From Nitrospirota bacterium (GTDB taxonomy: Bacteria > Nitrospirota > Nitrospiria > Nitrospirales > Nitrospiraceae): a stretch of DNA of 64,000 nucleotides. The translations under genes and the position numbers were made by a program. Location: assembly GCA_963701855.1 (NCBI GenBank), contig CAVPBK010000009.1:224001-288000 (forward strand), read 5' to 3'. Below the pieces are notes generated by a model. The model was not told where the DNA came from, ran no database searches, and saw only the letters and a program-made list of their open reading frames with translations. Shown one piece after another: positions 28,205-38,876 of this stretch (within the stretch, counting starts at the first letter, position 1; each line of letters starts with the position of its first letter).

Positions 28205-30001
28205 TCACGGTTCTTGGGAGCGGGCCTGGCCCGGGCGCGACTTGGCCTGCGTGATCTGAGCCGCCGGGGCCCCAGCTCCAGTGCCGCCTTGTAGCTCGTC
28301 GATAGCATCGGCCACCGAGATCCTGCGGCCTAAGTGGCCGACGCGTTCCTCCAATCCTTCGGCGCGCAGAATATCACGCACCGCCGCATGTGCTGCGACG
28401 AGCCGAAGGCGTATCCCCATCGCTTCGAGTGTCGCGTACAACGTTGCCAGCATTCGCGCACCGGCCAGGTCGACGACGGGTGAAGTGGATAGATCGCATA
28501 TCACCAGCTTCAGCGCCCCGGTGGTCGAACGGATTTTCTGCCAGACGTCAGCACGCACGTGCTCGACGTTGAAGTACAACAGCGCAGCCTCAACGCGAAA
28601 CACCAGCACACCAGGAACGGCCTCGTTGTCCGGATGGCGCTCGATGTCGGAGTAAATCCGGGTGCCGGGAATGCGGCCGAGAAAAGCCACATACGGGTGC
28701 GCGGCACGCCGTATGATCAACAAAATCGACACCACGACCGCAACCACCACGCCGTTCAGGATGCCCAGCAGCAGCACCCCGGCGAAAGCGACCATCGTTA
28801 CGCCGAATTCGAACCGGCTTACCCGCCACAGGTGGCGCAATTCACCGATGTCGATCAGTCCCTTGACGGCCACCAGCACGATGGCCGCGAGCACGACATT
28901 GGGCAGGTTGCTCAGCAACCCCGTCAGGTACATCAGGCACAGGCCGATCGTCACCGAGGCCCACACCAGCGCGAGCGGCGTTTTGGCGCCGGCCTTGTCG
29001 TTCACCGATGACTGCGACAGGCCGCCCGCCACCGGGTAGGCCTGGCAGAACGCCGCAGCCAGATTCGCCGCGCCCAGGCCGAGTAGTTCCTGGCGCGGAT
29101 CAATTTCGTAGCCGTTCTTGTGCGCCAGGGTGCGTGCAGCGGAAACACTTTCCACGTAGGCCAGCAAGAGGCACGCAAACGCCAGCGGAATCACGCCATC
29201 CACATCGCGCACACGCAGGCCCGGCGCGTGGAAGTCCGGCAAGCCCTGCGGCAGCGCGCCGACGACTTTGAAACCGAGATCACCCAGCGGAGTGACCGAT
29301 AATACGATGATGGAAATCACCACCACGAAGAGCGCGACCGGGAGGCTTGGCAGCAGCTTTTCGCCCAGCAGCAGCAAGGCGAGCGCGACAAGACCGAACG
29401 CCAACACAGCAAGGTTGGTATCGGGGAGCTGGCCGCCAAGGATGACGATGCGCTCGAAGAAATGCTCCCCGCCACCCTGGACCCCGAACAACTTGGGCAA
29501 CTGGGTCAAGGCGATCATGAGGGCCGCGCCGGCCTTGAAGCCGAGCAGGATAGTTTCGCTGATGAAGTTGACCAGGGAACTCAATCGCAGCAGCCACGCG
29601 AGCACACACATGGCGGCCATGACCAGCGCAGTCAACGCCGCAATGGACGCCCAGCGTCCCAGGTCGCCCTGTGCCATGCCGGCGACCGTGACCCCGACGA
29701 GCATCGAGATCGCCGAGGTGGGCCCGATCGCAAGCTGGCGCGAGGAGCCGAACAGCGCGTAGAACAGTCCGCCGACCAAATAGCAGTAAATGCCGTATTG
29801 CGGCGGCAGCCCGGCGAGCGACGCATAGGCGAGTGAGACCGGAATGCCATAGGCAGCGAGGGTCACGCCGGCAATGGCGTCTTGCGCCAGCCACTTTGGC
29901 TGATATAAAGCAAGCCATTGCGCCGGGGGAATGGCCGCGCGCCACCCATGGACCGGACCTCCGGCCGCTGACTCGCCGGCAGATCGGGTTTCTTCAGTCA
30001 T
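28205..30001 (-). CDS. SulP/SLC26 anion transporter with STAS domain
   Basis: DAIAGVTL, LAYASLAGLPPQYG, GSSRQLAIGPTS and C-terminal STAS. Confidence 0.93.
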   Translation of the reverse strand: MTEETRSAGESAAGGPVHGWRAAIPPAQWLALYQPKWLAQDAIAGVTLAAYGIPVSLAYASLAGLPPQYGIYCYLVGGLFYALFGSSRQLAIGPTSAISMLVGVTVAGMAQGDLGRWASIAALTALVMAAMCVLAWLLRLSSLVNFISETILLGFKAGAALMIALTQLPKLFGVQGGGEHFFERIVILGGQLPDTNLAVLAFGLVALALLLLGEKLLPSLPVALFVVVISIIVLSVTPLGDLGFKVVGALPQGLPDFHAPGLRVRDVDGVIPLAFACLLLAYVESVSAARTLAHKNGYEIDPRQELLGLGAANLAAAFCQAYPVAGGLSQSSVNDKAGAKTPLALVWASVTIGLCLMYLTGLLSNLPNVVLAAIVLVAVKGLIDIGELRHLWRVSRFEFGVTMVAFAGVLLLGILNGVVVAVVVSILLIIRRAAHPYVAFLGRIPGTRIYSDIERHPDNEAVPGVLVFRVEAALLYFNVEHVRADVWQKIRSTTGALKLVICDLSTSPVVDLAGARMLATLYATLEAMGIRLRLVAAHAAVRDILRAEGLEERVGHLGRRISVADAIDELQGGTGAGAPAAQITQAKSRPGQARSQEP

Positions 30002-30048
30002 GACGCCCTGTCCCCAGCAATGTCTGCGCCGGAATCCAGACAGGCTCT

Positions 30049-30345
30049 TTACCCGTTAGCCCTTGCCTCAGGTTGGCCCATTTTCTCCTTGCGGACAAAG
30101 TAAAAAAACGCGCCCACCATGAGGAAATTGATACCCACCGCGATAATATTCCATATCACTACCGGCATCGAATCGATCAAAATCCCGTAATACACCCATA
30201 CGATTTGAAACGTGCCCATCATGCCTGCCATGGTTGGATTCATGCCTTTGGAGCTCCCTCGTTTGAACATCGCGATCAAATCGGGGGCGGCAGCAAAGGT
30301 GGTGCCGAATCCTGCCAGAAAACCGACAATCGACTGCCATTCCAT
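30049..30345 (-). CDS. SemiSWEET (PQ-loop) sugar transporter
   Basis: 3-TM protein: GFLAGFGTTFAAAPDL, WVYYGILIDSMPVVIWN. Confidence 0.85.
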   Translation of the reverse strand: MEWQSIVGFLAGFGTTFAAAPDLIAMFKRGSSKGMNPTMAGMMGTFQIVWVYYGILIDSMPVVIWNIIAVGINFLMVGAFFYFVRKEKMGQPEARANG

Positions 30346-30387
30346 CGAAGCCCCTCTCGTTAGACCCGCCATCCTGATCCGACTCGA

Positions 30388-31866
30388 TCAACTGCGCTCG
30401 CATTGAAAAACGTGATAGCCCCAGGGCTCCAGGTCCGCGTAAAAGCCCGATGTCTGCAGTTCGTCGCCCGCTCGATCATAGACCGTCTTCTCCAGCGGAT
30501 CGCTCAACCGCCAGGAACGGCCGGCGAGATCTCCCCACGGCAGCCTGACCATCGTCTGGGAACGAACTCCTGAAAGATTCACGACGATCAGGTGACGGTC
30601 CGCTCCTTTGTGCCAGCACCAGGCGACCACATTCAGGTAGCTATCATTGTCCGGCCAGCCGGTCCGTTCGCACAGTGTCCACTCCCCGTCCCTGACATCT
30701 GTGCTGCGGAGAATTTGAAGGAGGGATTTGTAGAATCCCTGAAGACTCCTGTCCGGGATTTCCTCTGGACGGCGGCGTAGAAACACCGGGAGTCTCACGC
30801 GACGCCCCTCGAATTGTCCTTCGTGAAATAGTCTGGCCCCTTGCAAGGTTGACGTCGTGATCGCGGCCGCTCGCTCTTTCTCCAAAGAGAATGTCGCTGC
30901 GGCACGCGGCTCGTCGTGGTTCTCGATGAACCGGACCAGTTTTTCCTGGTAGGCCAGATCGGCGCACAGATGGAGCCGGACCTGTTCCGCAGGGTCGTGT
31001 TCCAGCCGGTCGTACAGCCGCTTGTCGTAGCAGTAATCGAATCCCTGTTGCTGCAGTTCCCATTCCTTGTCCCAATAGGCCTCAGCGATGAAGAGGACAT
31101 CGGGGTACCGTTTCCGCACCCCCTGGATCACCTCCGGCCAATATTCTTTCTCCGGACGCGGCCCGCCGCGGTGCCCCCACGTGCGCTCGAAGATGGGCGT
31201 CATGAGCAGCATCGCCATATCGCAGCGCATACCGTCGCATTGCCCGGCAATAGATCCCACGGTCTCGATGATCGCCTTGCGCAATCCCGGATGAAACCCG
31301 TTGAGCTGCGCCACATCGGGCCAGGGCGCAAAGTACGGATCTCTTCCCAGGGCCAGGACCTTGCCGCCGGCCTGGAAAAACTCGCCAGGCTTCTGTGCCA
31401 GATCGTCGCTGCTGCCCTGGATGAAATAGTCCGGATGCTCCGTGACCCAGGGATGATCCGGCGCCACGTGGTTCGGGACAAAATCCAGGATCAGTCGCAG
31501 GCCCCTCTCGGCCAGCTTCTTTCTGACTACGGCAAGCCCTATCGGTCCTCCCAGGTGCTCATCCACGACGTAGCGCCTCACACAATATGGCGAACCGACA
31601 TTGTCCTCCGGCGAAAAATCAGGGAGGGCTCTCCTGAAATCTTCAAGCAGCCCCTCGTTCTTCATCGAAATGGCGATGCCGGCAGGGCTCCGCTCCCACA
31701 CGCCCATGAACCAGACCGCGTCAAAGCCGTGAGCGGCCAGAGCATCCCATTCCTGATCGGGCACCGTGGCCAGGGTCAAGGGCTTCCGATGTGTCCGGCT
31801 CAACTCACTCAGCCAGACCCAGGTATTGATCTCATAGATGACCGGATATTTCCGCCAGGTATTCAT
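30388..31866 (-). CDS. GH13 alpha-amylase-family glycosidase
   Basis: LILDFVPNH, GMRCDMAM, IAEAYW and FIENHDEPR catalytic regions. Confidence 0.92.
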   Translation of the reverse strand: MNTWRKYPVIYEINTWVWLSELSRTHRKPLTLATVPDQEWDALAAHGFDAVWFMGVWERSPAGIAISMKNEGLLEDFRRALPDFSPEDNVGSPYCVRRYVVDEHLGGPIGLAVVRKKLAERGLRLILDFVPNHVAPDHPWVTEHPDYFIQGSSDDLAQKPGEFFQAGGKVLALGRDPYFAPWPDVAQLNGFHPGLRKAIIETVGSIAGQCDGMRCDMAMLLMTPIFERTWGHRGGPRPEKEYWPEVIQGVRKRYPDVLFIAEAYWDKEWELQQQGFDYCYDKRLYDRLEHDPAEQVRLHLCADLAYQEKLVRFIENHDEPRAAATFSLEKERAAAITTSTLQGARLFHEGQFEGRRVRLPVFLRRRPEEIPDRSLQGFYKSLLQILRSTDVRDGEWTLCERTGWPDNDSYLNVVAWCWHKGADRHLIVVNLSGVRSQTMVRLPWGDLAGRSWRLSDPLEKTVYDRAGDELQTSGFYADLEPWGYHVFQCERS

Positions 31867-34622
31867 ACGTTCCTTTCGTGCTTTTCTTTGAACATAGCCC
31901 GTTTGCCCCCTTCCAGGGCCTGCTTGGCGTCCATCAACCCGTACATCTGGATCATCCTCGCCACGACCCCGGTCCAGCCGGTCTGATGGCTCGCGCCCAG
32001 GCCCGCCCCGTTGTCCCCGTGAAAGTATTCATAGAACAGAACGTGGTCGCGCCAGTGGGGATCGGATTGGAACTTTTCCGTGCCTCCATACACCGGGCGC
32101 CGGCCGCGCTCGTCCCGCAGAAAGATTCGGCTCAGTCGATCCGCAATCTCCTTGGAGACCTCGAAAAGGTTCATCATCCTGCCGGACCCGGTGGGGCATT
32201 CAATTTTAAAATTGTCGCCGTAGTAGAGATAGAAATTGTAGAGCGCCCGGATGATCATGGCGTTTACCGGCATCCAGACCGGTCCTCGCCAGTTCGAGTT
32301 GCCGCCGAACATGCCGGTGTTCGACTCAGCCGGCAGGTAGTCCACCCGAAACTCCTGTCCTCCGACATGCAAGATGTACGGGTGCTGCTCGTGAAACTTG
32401 GAGAGGGAGCGGATACCGTAGGGGCTCAGGAACTCGTTCTCGTCGAGCATCTTCGAGAGGATCCGGCGGAGCCGTTCCTGATTAACCAGGGCCATGATAC
32501 CTCGCTCGTTCACTCCCAAATGCCCTATGCCTGTGGGGTGGATAGACTTGAACACCTCAGGCATCTGGCGGGCACGGGCCTGAAACGCCCTGGTCGTGTT
32601 TGGAATGCGTTCCCGCTGCCACGCCTCGGTCACCGAGGTGGCGCACAGGGGCAGCAGCCCCACCATCGAACGCACTTTGAGCCGCTGCGCGCTGCCGTCC
32701 GGCAGTCGCAGCATATCGTAGTAGAAGCCGTCCTCTTCGTCCCACATGCCCTCCGGCCCAGGCCTGTTCATCCCAGCGGCGATATAGAGGAAGTGCTCGA
32801 TGAATTTCGTGACCATTTCTTCGTAGGCTGGGTCGTGGGGTACCAGCTCCACCGCCAACTCGCCCATGTTTTGGCTGAACAGTGCCATCCAGGCTGTGCC
32901 GTCCGCCTGCTCCAGGTGGCCGCCGGTGGGCAGCGGAGCGCTCCGGTCGAAGATGCCGATGTTGTCCAGACCGAGGAACCCGCCTTCGAACACGTTCTTG
33001 CCGAACCGGTCCTTGCGGTTCACCCACCAGGTGAAGTTCAGCAAGAGCTTGTTGAAGGCCGACTTGAGAAATTCCACGTCTGCCTCGCCGCCAAGGGCTT
33101 GCTCGACGCGGTGGAGGAAGAGGGTCGCAAAGGCGTGGACCGGCGGGTTCACGTCGCTAAAGTTCCATTCATAGGCGGGAATCTGCCCATTTGGGTGCAG
33201 GTAGAGTCCATGAAACATCAGTTGCATCTGCTGCTTCGCGAAGTCCGGGTCCACGATCGCAAGCGGTATCGTGTGGAAGGCCAGGTCCCAGGCCGCGTAC
33301 CAGGGGTATTCCCACTTGTCCGGCATCGAGATGATGTCCTTGTTGACCATGTGGAACCATTCTGAGTTTCGAGAGGCCTGATAGCCGGCATGGAGAGGGT
33401 TGGAGTGGTGTTCCTCCAACCAGCTATCCCCGTCGAAGAAGAAGAACTGCTTGCTCCACAGCATGCCGGCGAGGGCCTGGCGCATCACGTTGGCCGCGTC
33501 CGGGGAGACGGACGGCGGGGTCACGGAGCGATAGAACTCGTCCGCCTCCTTGAGGCGGGCCGCAAAGGTCTTGGCAAACGCCGGCCCGAAGGGGGCGGTA
33601 GAGGCTTGGCTGGTGAGACGCAATCGCACCGTCATCGACTGGCCTGGCCCCACCATCTGCCGGTAGTGCGCCGAGGCCTTCGTGCCCTGGTGTTCAGGGT
33701 TCACCGCCGTCTGGCGACCCTGCACCACCGCGTCATTGATCCCGTCCTTGGAGTAGGGGCTGGCATTCGGTATTCCGGGAAAGAGCCGGTCGTTGTTCGT
33801 GGTGTTATCGCAAAAGAGCAGTGGCGCCTCGCCGTCGCAGTACAGATAGTACATGCCCAGGGTAGAATGCTGCGCCTCGATCGCCCTTGTGCCCACCGCG
33901 GCGTGGATCTGCTTGAGGTGTGGCCTCTCGGCTGCCCTATTGGATGGGGCAATCCAATATGCCCAATCGTTGCGAAACCACAGGGTTGGTAGAAGATGTA
34001 ATTCGGCCTGATCCGGCCCCCGGTTAACCGCGGTGATCTGCACCAGCATGTTGTCCGGGCCATCTTTGGCATATTCTACAAAGACGTCGAAGTAGCGGTC
34101 GTCATTGAAGATGCCGGTGTCGAGCAGTTCATACTCCATCTCGTTCCGGGTGCGGCGACGGTTCGTCTCTACCAGATCGGCATAGGGGAAGGCCGCCTGC
34201 GGATACTTGTAGAGATACTTCATATAGGAATGTGTCGGCGTGCTGTCGAGGTAGAAATAATATTCTTTGACGTCCTCCCCGTGGTTGCCTTCGCTGTTCG
34301 TCAGCCCGAAGAGCCGCTCCTTGAGGATCGGGTCCTTGCCGTTCCAGAGGGCGAGAGCAAAACAGAGGTTCTGTTGGGCATCGGAGATCCCGGCAATGCC
34401 GTCCTCGCCCCAGCGATAGGCGCGCGAGCGGGCCTGATCGTGGGTGAAGAAATTCCAGGCGTCCCCGTTGGGACTATAGTCTTCCCGCACGGTGCCCCAT
34501 TGGCGCTCGCTGAGGTAGGGACCCCAGTTCTTCCATGCCTCCTTTCCGTCGCGCGCCTCCTGGAGACGGCGAGATTCGTCATTGATCTTCTGAGCTTGGA
34601 GATCCTTTGCTGAGTCGGCCAT
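31863..34622 (-). CDS. GH63/MGH1-like glucosidase, copy 1
   Basis: WGPYLSERQWGTVREDYS, MPDKWEYPWYAAWDLAFH and YEYFHGDNGAGLGASHQTGWT. Confidence 0.92.
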   Translation of the reverse strand: MADSAKDLQAQKINDESRRLQEARDGKEAWKNWGPYLSERQWGTVREDYSPNGDAWNFFTHDQARSRAYRWGEDGIAGISDAQQNLCFALALWNGKDPILKERLFGLTNSEGNHGEDVKEYYFYLDSTPTHSYMKYLYKYPQAAFPYADLVETNRRRTRNEMEYELLDTGIFNDDRYFDVFVEYAKDGPDNMLVQITAVNRGPDQAELHLLPTLWFRNDWAYWIAPSNRAAERPHLKQIHAAVGTRAIEAQHSTLGMYYLYCDGEAPLLFCDNTTNNDRLFPGIPNASPYSKDGINDAVVQGRQTAVNPEHQGTKASAHYRQMVGPGQSMTVRLRLTSQASTAPFGPAFAKTFAARLKEADEFYRSVTPPSVSPDAANVMRQALAGMLWSKQFFFFDGDSWLEEHHSNPLHAGYQASRNSEWFHMVNKDIISMPDKWEYPWYAAWDLAFHTIPLAIVDPDFAKQQMQLMFHGLYLHPNGQIPAYEWNFSDVNPPVHAFATLFLHRVEQALGGEADVEFLKSAFNKLLLNFTWWVNRKDRFGKNVFEGGFLGLDNIGIFDRSAPLPTGGHLEQADGTAWMALFSQNMGELAVELVPHDPAYEEMVTKFIEHFLYIAAGMNRPGPEGMWDEEDGFYYDMLRLPDGSAQRLKVRSMVGLLPLCATSVTEAWQRERIPNTTRAFQARARQMPEVFKSIHPTGIGHLGVNERGIMALVNQERLRRILSKMLDENEFLSPYGIRSLSKFHEQHPYILHVGGQEFRVDYLPAESNTGMFGGNSNWRGPVWMPVNAMIIRALYNFYLYYGDNFKIECPTGSGRMMNLFEVSKEIADRLSRIFLRDERGRRPVYGGTEKFQSDPHWRDHVLFYEYFHGDNGAGLGASHQTGWTGVVARMIQMYGLMDAKQALEGGKRAMFKEKHERNV

Positions 34623-34644
34623 GTTCAGTCTCCTCAGATTATTT

Positions 34645-35460
34645 TCAATATTTCTCCGGGATAAACCGTTTGCCCTTCAACGTCGCCTCGTCATCGTATT
34701 TGCCCTTGTTCGATCGCTTGGGTATTTTTATTTTTTCACGCGGAAGCTTTTCGTAAGGAATCAGCGACAGCAAATGGGTAATGCAGTTAAGGCGCGCGCG
34801 CTTCTTATCATCCGACCGCAAGAGATACCACGGCGCATGCTTCGAGTCCGTGGCCTCCAGCATCCGGTCGCGTGCGCGGGAGTAGTCGTACCACCTCTCG
34901 CGTGACGGCAGGTCCATGGGACTGAGCTTCCACTGTCGCAACGGATCCTCGACGCGGGCCTCGAACCGCCGTTCCTGTTCCTCGTTGTTCACCTCAAGCC
35001 AATACTTGATCAGGATGATCCCGGCCCTCGTGATATACCCTTCGACGGTCGGGGCGAGCTCGAGGAAGGCTTCGTACTGTTCCTTGGTGCAGAAGCCCAT
35101 GACATGTTCGACCCCGGCACGGTTGTACCAACTGCGGTCGAAGATGACGATTTCCCCGGCCGCCGGGAAGTGTGCCATGTAACGTTGAATGTACATCTGG
35201 GTCTTCTCGCGGTCGGAGGGCGCTGGGAGCGCCACGAGGCGGAACACGCGTGGACTGACGCGTTCGGTGATGGCGCGGATGGTGCCGCCCTTTCCGGCGC
35301 CGTCGCGGCCCTCGAATACCACCATGATGCGTAGACCTTTGGCTTTCACCCAGGCCTGAAGGTGGCAAAGCTCGGCCTGGAGCCGGCGTAACTCCTTCTC
35401 GTATTCCTTGCGTTTCAGTTTTGAGTGAACCTTGTCTTCCTTCTCCTTGTCTTTTGCCAT
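34645..35460 (-). CDS. ppk2: Polyphosphate kinase 2
   Basis: FEGRDGAGKGG Walker A, FDRSWYNRAGVE and WKLSPMD. Confidence 0.95.
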   Translation of the reverse strand: MAKDKEKEDKVHSKLKRKEYEKELRRLQAELCHLQAWVKAKGLRIMVVFEGRDGAGKGGTIRAITERVSPRVFRLVALPAPSDREKTQMYIQRYMAHFPAAGEIVIFDRSWYNRAGVEHVMGFCTKEQYEAFLELAPTVEGYITRAGIILIKYWLEVNNEEQERRFEARVEDPLRQWKLSPMDLPSRERWYDYSRARDRMLEATDSKHAPWYLLRSDDKKRARLNCITHLLSLIPYEKLPREKIKIPKRSNKGKYDDEATLKGKRFIPEKY

Positions 35461-35524
35461 CGTGTTCCCCCTCTCTAGTCATTTCAAACCAGCGGACTGA
35501 TTACCTTCCATGCACCTCTGTCAC

Positions 35525-37597
35525 TCATTCCGATCCCTGACTGGCGAACAACACCACCACAGAGCGCGCCTCGGCCCGATAGCTGTCGCCGGAAATCGGC
35601 GGAGCGGTTTGCCAGGGAATAATGTCCAGGGGCGAGTCGAGCCCTGTATCGATCCACCGGCGCCAGGGATTCGCGCTGCCATTGCTCACCGGAGGCAGCT
35701 CGAAATGAAGCGGCTCCCAGTACGCGTTCAGGATCATGTAGAACAGGCGCCGTTCTCTCTTTAACTCCGCGCTGACCGCCACGCTATGCGATTGCGGGCT
35801 CCAATCCGGCTGCCCGAGTTTGACTCCGTGCCAAGTTTTCTCCGCTTGCTGGAGCAGTTGAGTCAGACTCGTACGCTGACGCTCGTGCTCCACGTCCCGT
35901 AAGATCCGTCGTTCGTTAAGCAATGTGACGAATCGGTGGACATCGGCGTGTTCGGCGACCAGCGCCCAATCGAACCAATTCAATTCGTTGTCGTGGCAGT
36001 AGGCGTTGTTGTTTCCGCGCTGGGTACGCCGCACTTCGTCGCCCATGAGGATCATGGGCAGACCCACGGAAAGCAGCGTGACGGCCAGGAAGTTCTTCAC
36101 CTGCCGGTTCCGCAGCTTCTCCACTACCGGATCGTCCGCCGGACCCTCGACGCCGCAGTTCCAACTTCGATTGTCGTCGGCTCCGTCCCGGTTCTGCTCG
36201 TCGTTTGCCTCATTGTGCTTGTGGTCATAGGAGACAAGATCGTTGAGCGTGAACCCATCGTGACAGGTCACAAAGTTGACGCTCTGCTCTGGTTCGCGCT
36301 CCTCGTGTCCATACATCTCCGGGCTTCCGACCATGCGGTCGGCAAAGCGCGCCAAAGAACCCTCTTCACCCCGGAAGAAGCTGCGGGCATCGTCACGGAA
36401 CCGCCCGTTCCATTCTTTCCAACTGTCCCCGATGAAGCTGCCCACCTGGTAGAGCCCGGCCGCATCCCACGCTTCGGCGATAAACTTCACGCCCGCCATT
36501 GACGGGTCCGTTTCGATATCCCACAGTACCGGCGGGTTCTCCATCACCACGCCAGACTCGCCCCGCGCGAGGATCGACGCGAGATCGAACCGGAACCCGT
36601 CCACGTGCATCTCCTCGACCCAATAACGGAGACTGTCCACGATCATGCGGCGGACGATCGGATGGTTGGCGTTGAGCGTGTTTCCCGTGCCGGTGTAGTT
36701 GGCATAGCGCGAACGGTCCTGCTCAAGGATGTAGTACGTCTTATTGTCCAGACCGCGGAAGCTCAGAGTCGGCCCGCGGTGGTCGCCTTCCGCCGTGTGG
36801 TTGAACACGACGTCGAGTATGACCTCGATGCCCGCCCGGTGCAGCGCCTTGACCATGTCGCGAAACTCGTCCACCGGGCCGAGCGGATCCTGGCGCGAAC
36901 TGTAGGCTGGATGAGGCGCGAAAAACGAAACCGGCGCATAGCCCCAGTAATTGATCTTTCCCGGCGGACAATCCTGGGCATCGAACTGGAACACCGGCAA
37001 CAGTTCGACGGCTGTGATGCCGAGTTGCTGGAGATAGGGTATCTTCTCGATCAGGCCGGCATAGGTGCCCCGTCTGTTCTCAGCGACGCCGGAACTGGGA
37101 TGGCGGGTGAATCCGCGCACGTGCATCTCGTAAACGATGGTCCGAGCGGAGGACCGCTTCAGCAGCGCATCGCCTTCCCAATCGTACGCCGACGGATCCA
37201 CTACCACACTCTTCATCGCCATCGCCGTATTGTCGCCTTCTCGACGAGCCGCGTCACGGCTGTAGTCTTTCGGCAGAACGACGCCGCGGCCATATGGATC
37301 GAGCAGCACTTTGGTCGCATCAAAACGCATCCCTTGAGCGGGATCACAGGGGCCTTGAGCGCGATAACCGTAAATCTGTCCCGGCCGTATGCCCGGCTGG
37401 AACACATGCCAGTAGTGGTAGGTGCGATTGGTGACGGGATCAAGACTAATCACGCGCGCTGGCTTGGCGTCATCCGGCCGGTCAAAGAACAGTAACTCCA
37501 CGCCCGTCGCGTCACGCGAGAACAGGCTGAAATTGACGCCGCCATGGCCGACGGTCGCGCCAAGAGGTGAAGAGCTACCGGTCGCCTGCATGGTCAT
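35525..37597 (-). CDS. glgX: Glycogen debranching enzyme (isoamylase)
   Basis: PLGAT..GGVNFSLFS, NYWGY, DVVFNHTAEG, DGFRFDLAS, NFVTCHDGFTL and GNNNAYC. Confidence 0.95.
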   Translation of the reverse strand: MTMQATGSSSPLGATVGHGGVNFSLFSRDATGVELLFFDRPDDAKPARVISLDPVTNRTYHYWHVFQPGIRPGQIYGYRAQGPCDPAQGMRFDATKVLLDPYGRGVVLPKDYSRDAARREGDNTAMAMKSVVVDPSAYDWEGDALLKRSSARTIVYEMHVRGFTRHPSSGVAENRRGTYAGLIEKIPYLQQLGITAVELLPVFQFDAQDCPPGKINYWGYAPVSFFAPHPAYSSRQDPLGPVDEFRDMVKALHRAGIEVILDVVFNHTAEGDHRGPTLSFRGLDNKTYYILEQDRSRYANYTGTGNTLNANHPIVRRMIVDSLRYWVEEMHVDGFRFDLASILARGESGVVMENPPVLWDIETDPSMAGVKFIAEAWDAAGLYQVGSFIGDSWKEWNGRFRDDARSFFRGEEGSLARFADRMVGSPEMYGHEEREPEQSVNFVTCHDGFTLNDLVSYDHKHNEANDEQNRDGADDNRSWNCGVEGPADDPVVEKLRNRQVKNFLAVTLLSVGLPMILMGDEVRRTQRGNNNAYCHDNELNWFDWALVAEHADVHRFVTLLNERRILRDVEHERQRTSLTQLLQQAEKTWHGVKLGQPDWSPQSHSVAVSAELKRERRLFYMILNAYWEPLHFELPPVSNGSANPWRRWIDTGLDSPLDIIPWQTAPPISGDSYRAEARSVVVLFASQGSE

Positions 37598-37737
37598 CTC
37601 TCTCGTGGCCCACCCAGGTACAATTCTCACCTCTTCCAGAAAACACCCAGCTTCGGAACCTTGAGACACCGGATTAGCACGGCGCGCATAGTACCTGCTT
37701 CAATGGTCACTTGTCAGCACAACTCGGTCACACAAGT

Positions 37738-37768
37738 AAAAAGCCCTCCTTTTGGGGGGGGTCTTTTC
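37738..37768 (-). terminator. Possible intrinsic terminator after the OmpA/MotB gene
   Basis: AAAAAGCCCTCC-TTTT-GGGGGGGGTCTTTT: imperfect stem flanked by A/T tracts. Confidence 0.35.
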
Positions 37769-37937
37769 TTCCTCCGCTATGCTACAGACTGCCATTCTTC
37801 CCTGCTCTTCCGAGCGGCGTATCCTGGCAGATCGATCTTCGCGACTAAAATGTGCTGGCACTTGGCCCTTTAGTGTTCTTGGCCAAAACAATTCCCCGGC
37901 ACGAAACCGTCACGATAGTCAGGAGGTGCTAGCCTCC

Positions 37938-38876
37938 CTATGGCTTAACCTCTCCGATGACCTGGGAGAGATCCCTCGGATACAGCACGATCTCGATTCG
38001 CCGGTTCTCCGTCCGTCCGTCCTCCGTGTCGTTACCGGCCACCGGTCTGGTATCCGCAAAGCCGACCGCCTCAAGACTCTCCCGACTCACGCCGCCACGA
38101 TCGATGAAGAATCGCACGACATTCGTGGCACGGGCGGTGGACAACTCCCAATTTGTGGGAAATTTATCCCGGATTTTCAGCCCGATCGGCACGTTGTCCG
38201 TATGTCCCTCGATCCGGATTTGCTTATCGGTCACGTTCTTGAGGACATCGCTGACTTGCGTGAGGATTTTCAGCCCGGCCGGTTTCACCTGAGCCTGACC
38301 GGAGTTAAACAGCACTTTTTCGACCATGTTGATCGTCAGCCGATCGCGCACCTGCTTGATCGTGATATCACCGCGTTCGATTTCAGCCTGTAGTGACTTG
38401 CTCAACTCCTGCTGGGTTCTGGTCAGCCGCTCAATCTCAGCTTCCTTGGCAGCCCGCTCCTTCTCTAGGCGCTCCTTCTCAGCGGCGAGCGCTTCCCCGC
38501 CTTGCTGTAGCCGGGTAACCGTAGCCTTCTCGGCCTGCAGTCTCTGTTCCAGATCATTCGCCTTTGCCTCCATTTCCTTCCGGCTGGCTAAGGCCTGATT
38601 CAGGTTTGCCGTCGTCCGATCAAGATCGCCTTGGGTATTGGCCGACACAGTCTTGGCAGACAGCAGATCATTCGAAAGCTTGGTCTTGTCCGCCTCAAGC
38701 CCGGCTATCTGCCCTGTTGCTTGCTTCTTATAAGCCTCGAACTCCCCCGCTGTCTTGGTTAAGGCCTTCTGTGCCTGTTCAAGCTCCGTCAGAGTCGCCA
38801 CATGGGTGCTTTTCGTGACGCACCCCGCCAACATTGCCCCGCATACGATGATGACCCCCAGAATTCTATATCTCAT
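37938..38876 (-). CDS. Coiled-coil lipoprotein with C-terminal OmpA/MotB peptidoglycan-binding domain
   Basis: Lipobox LAGC; IEGHTDNVPI, NWELSTARA and NRRIEI. Confidence 0.88.
   Translation of the reverse strand: MRYRILGVIIVCGAMLAGCVTKSTHVATLTELEQAQKALTKTAGEFEAYKKQATGQIAGLEADKTKLSNDLLSAKTVSANTQGDLDRTTANLNQALASRKEMEAKANDLEQRLQAEKATVTRLQQGGEALAAEKERLEKERAAKEAEIERLTRTQQELSKSLQAEIERGDITIKQVRDRLTINMVEKVLFNSGQAQVKPAGLKILTQVSDVLKNVTDKQIRIEGHTDNVPIGLKIRDKFPTNWELSTARATNVVRFFIDRGGVSRESLEAVGFADTRPVAGNDTEDGRTENRRIEIVLYPRDLSQVIGEVKP

Noticed and set aside
37938..38876. Flagellar stator motB
   Set aside because: Has a lipobox rather than the MotB TM helix with conserved Asp, and no motA is adjacent
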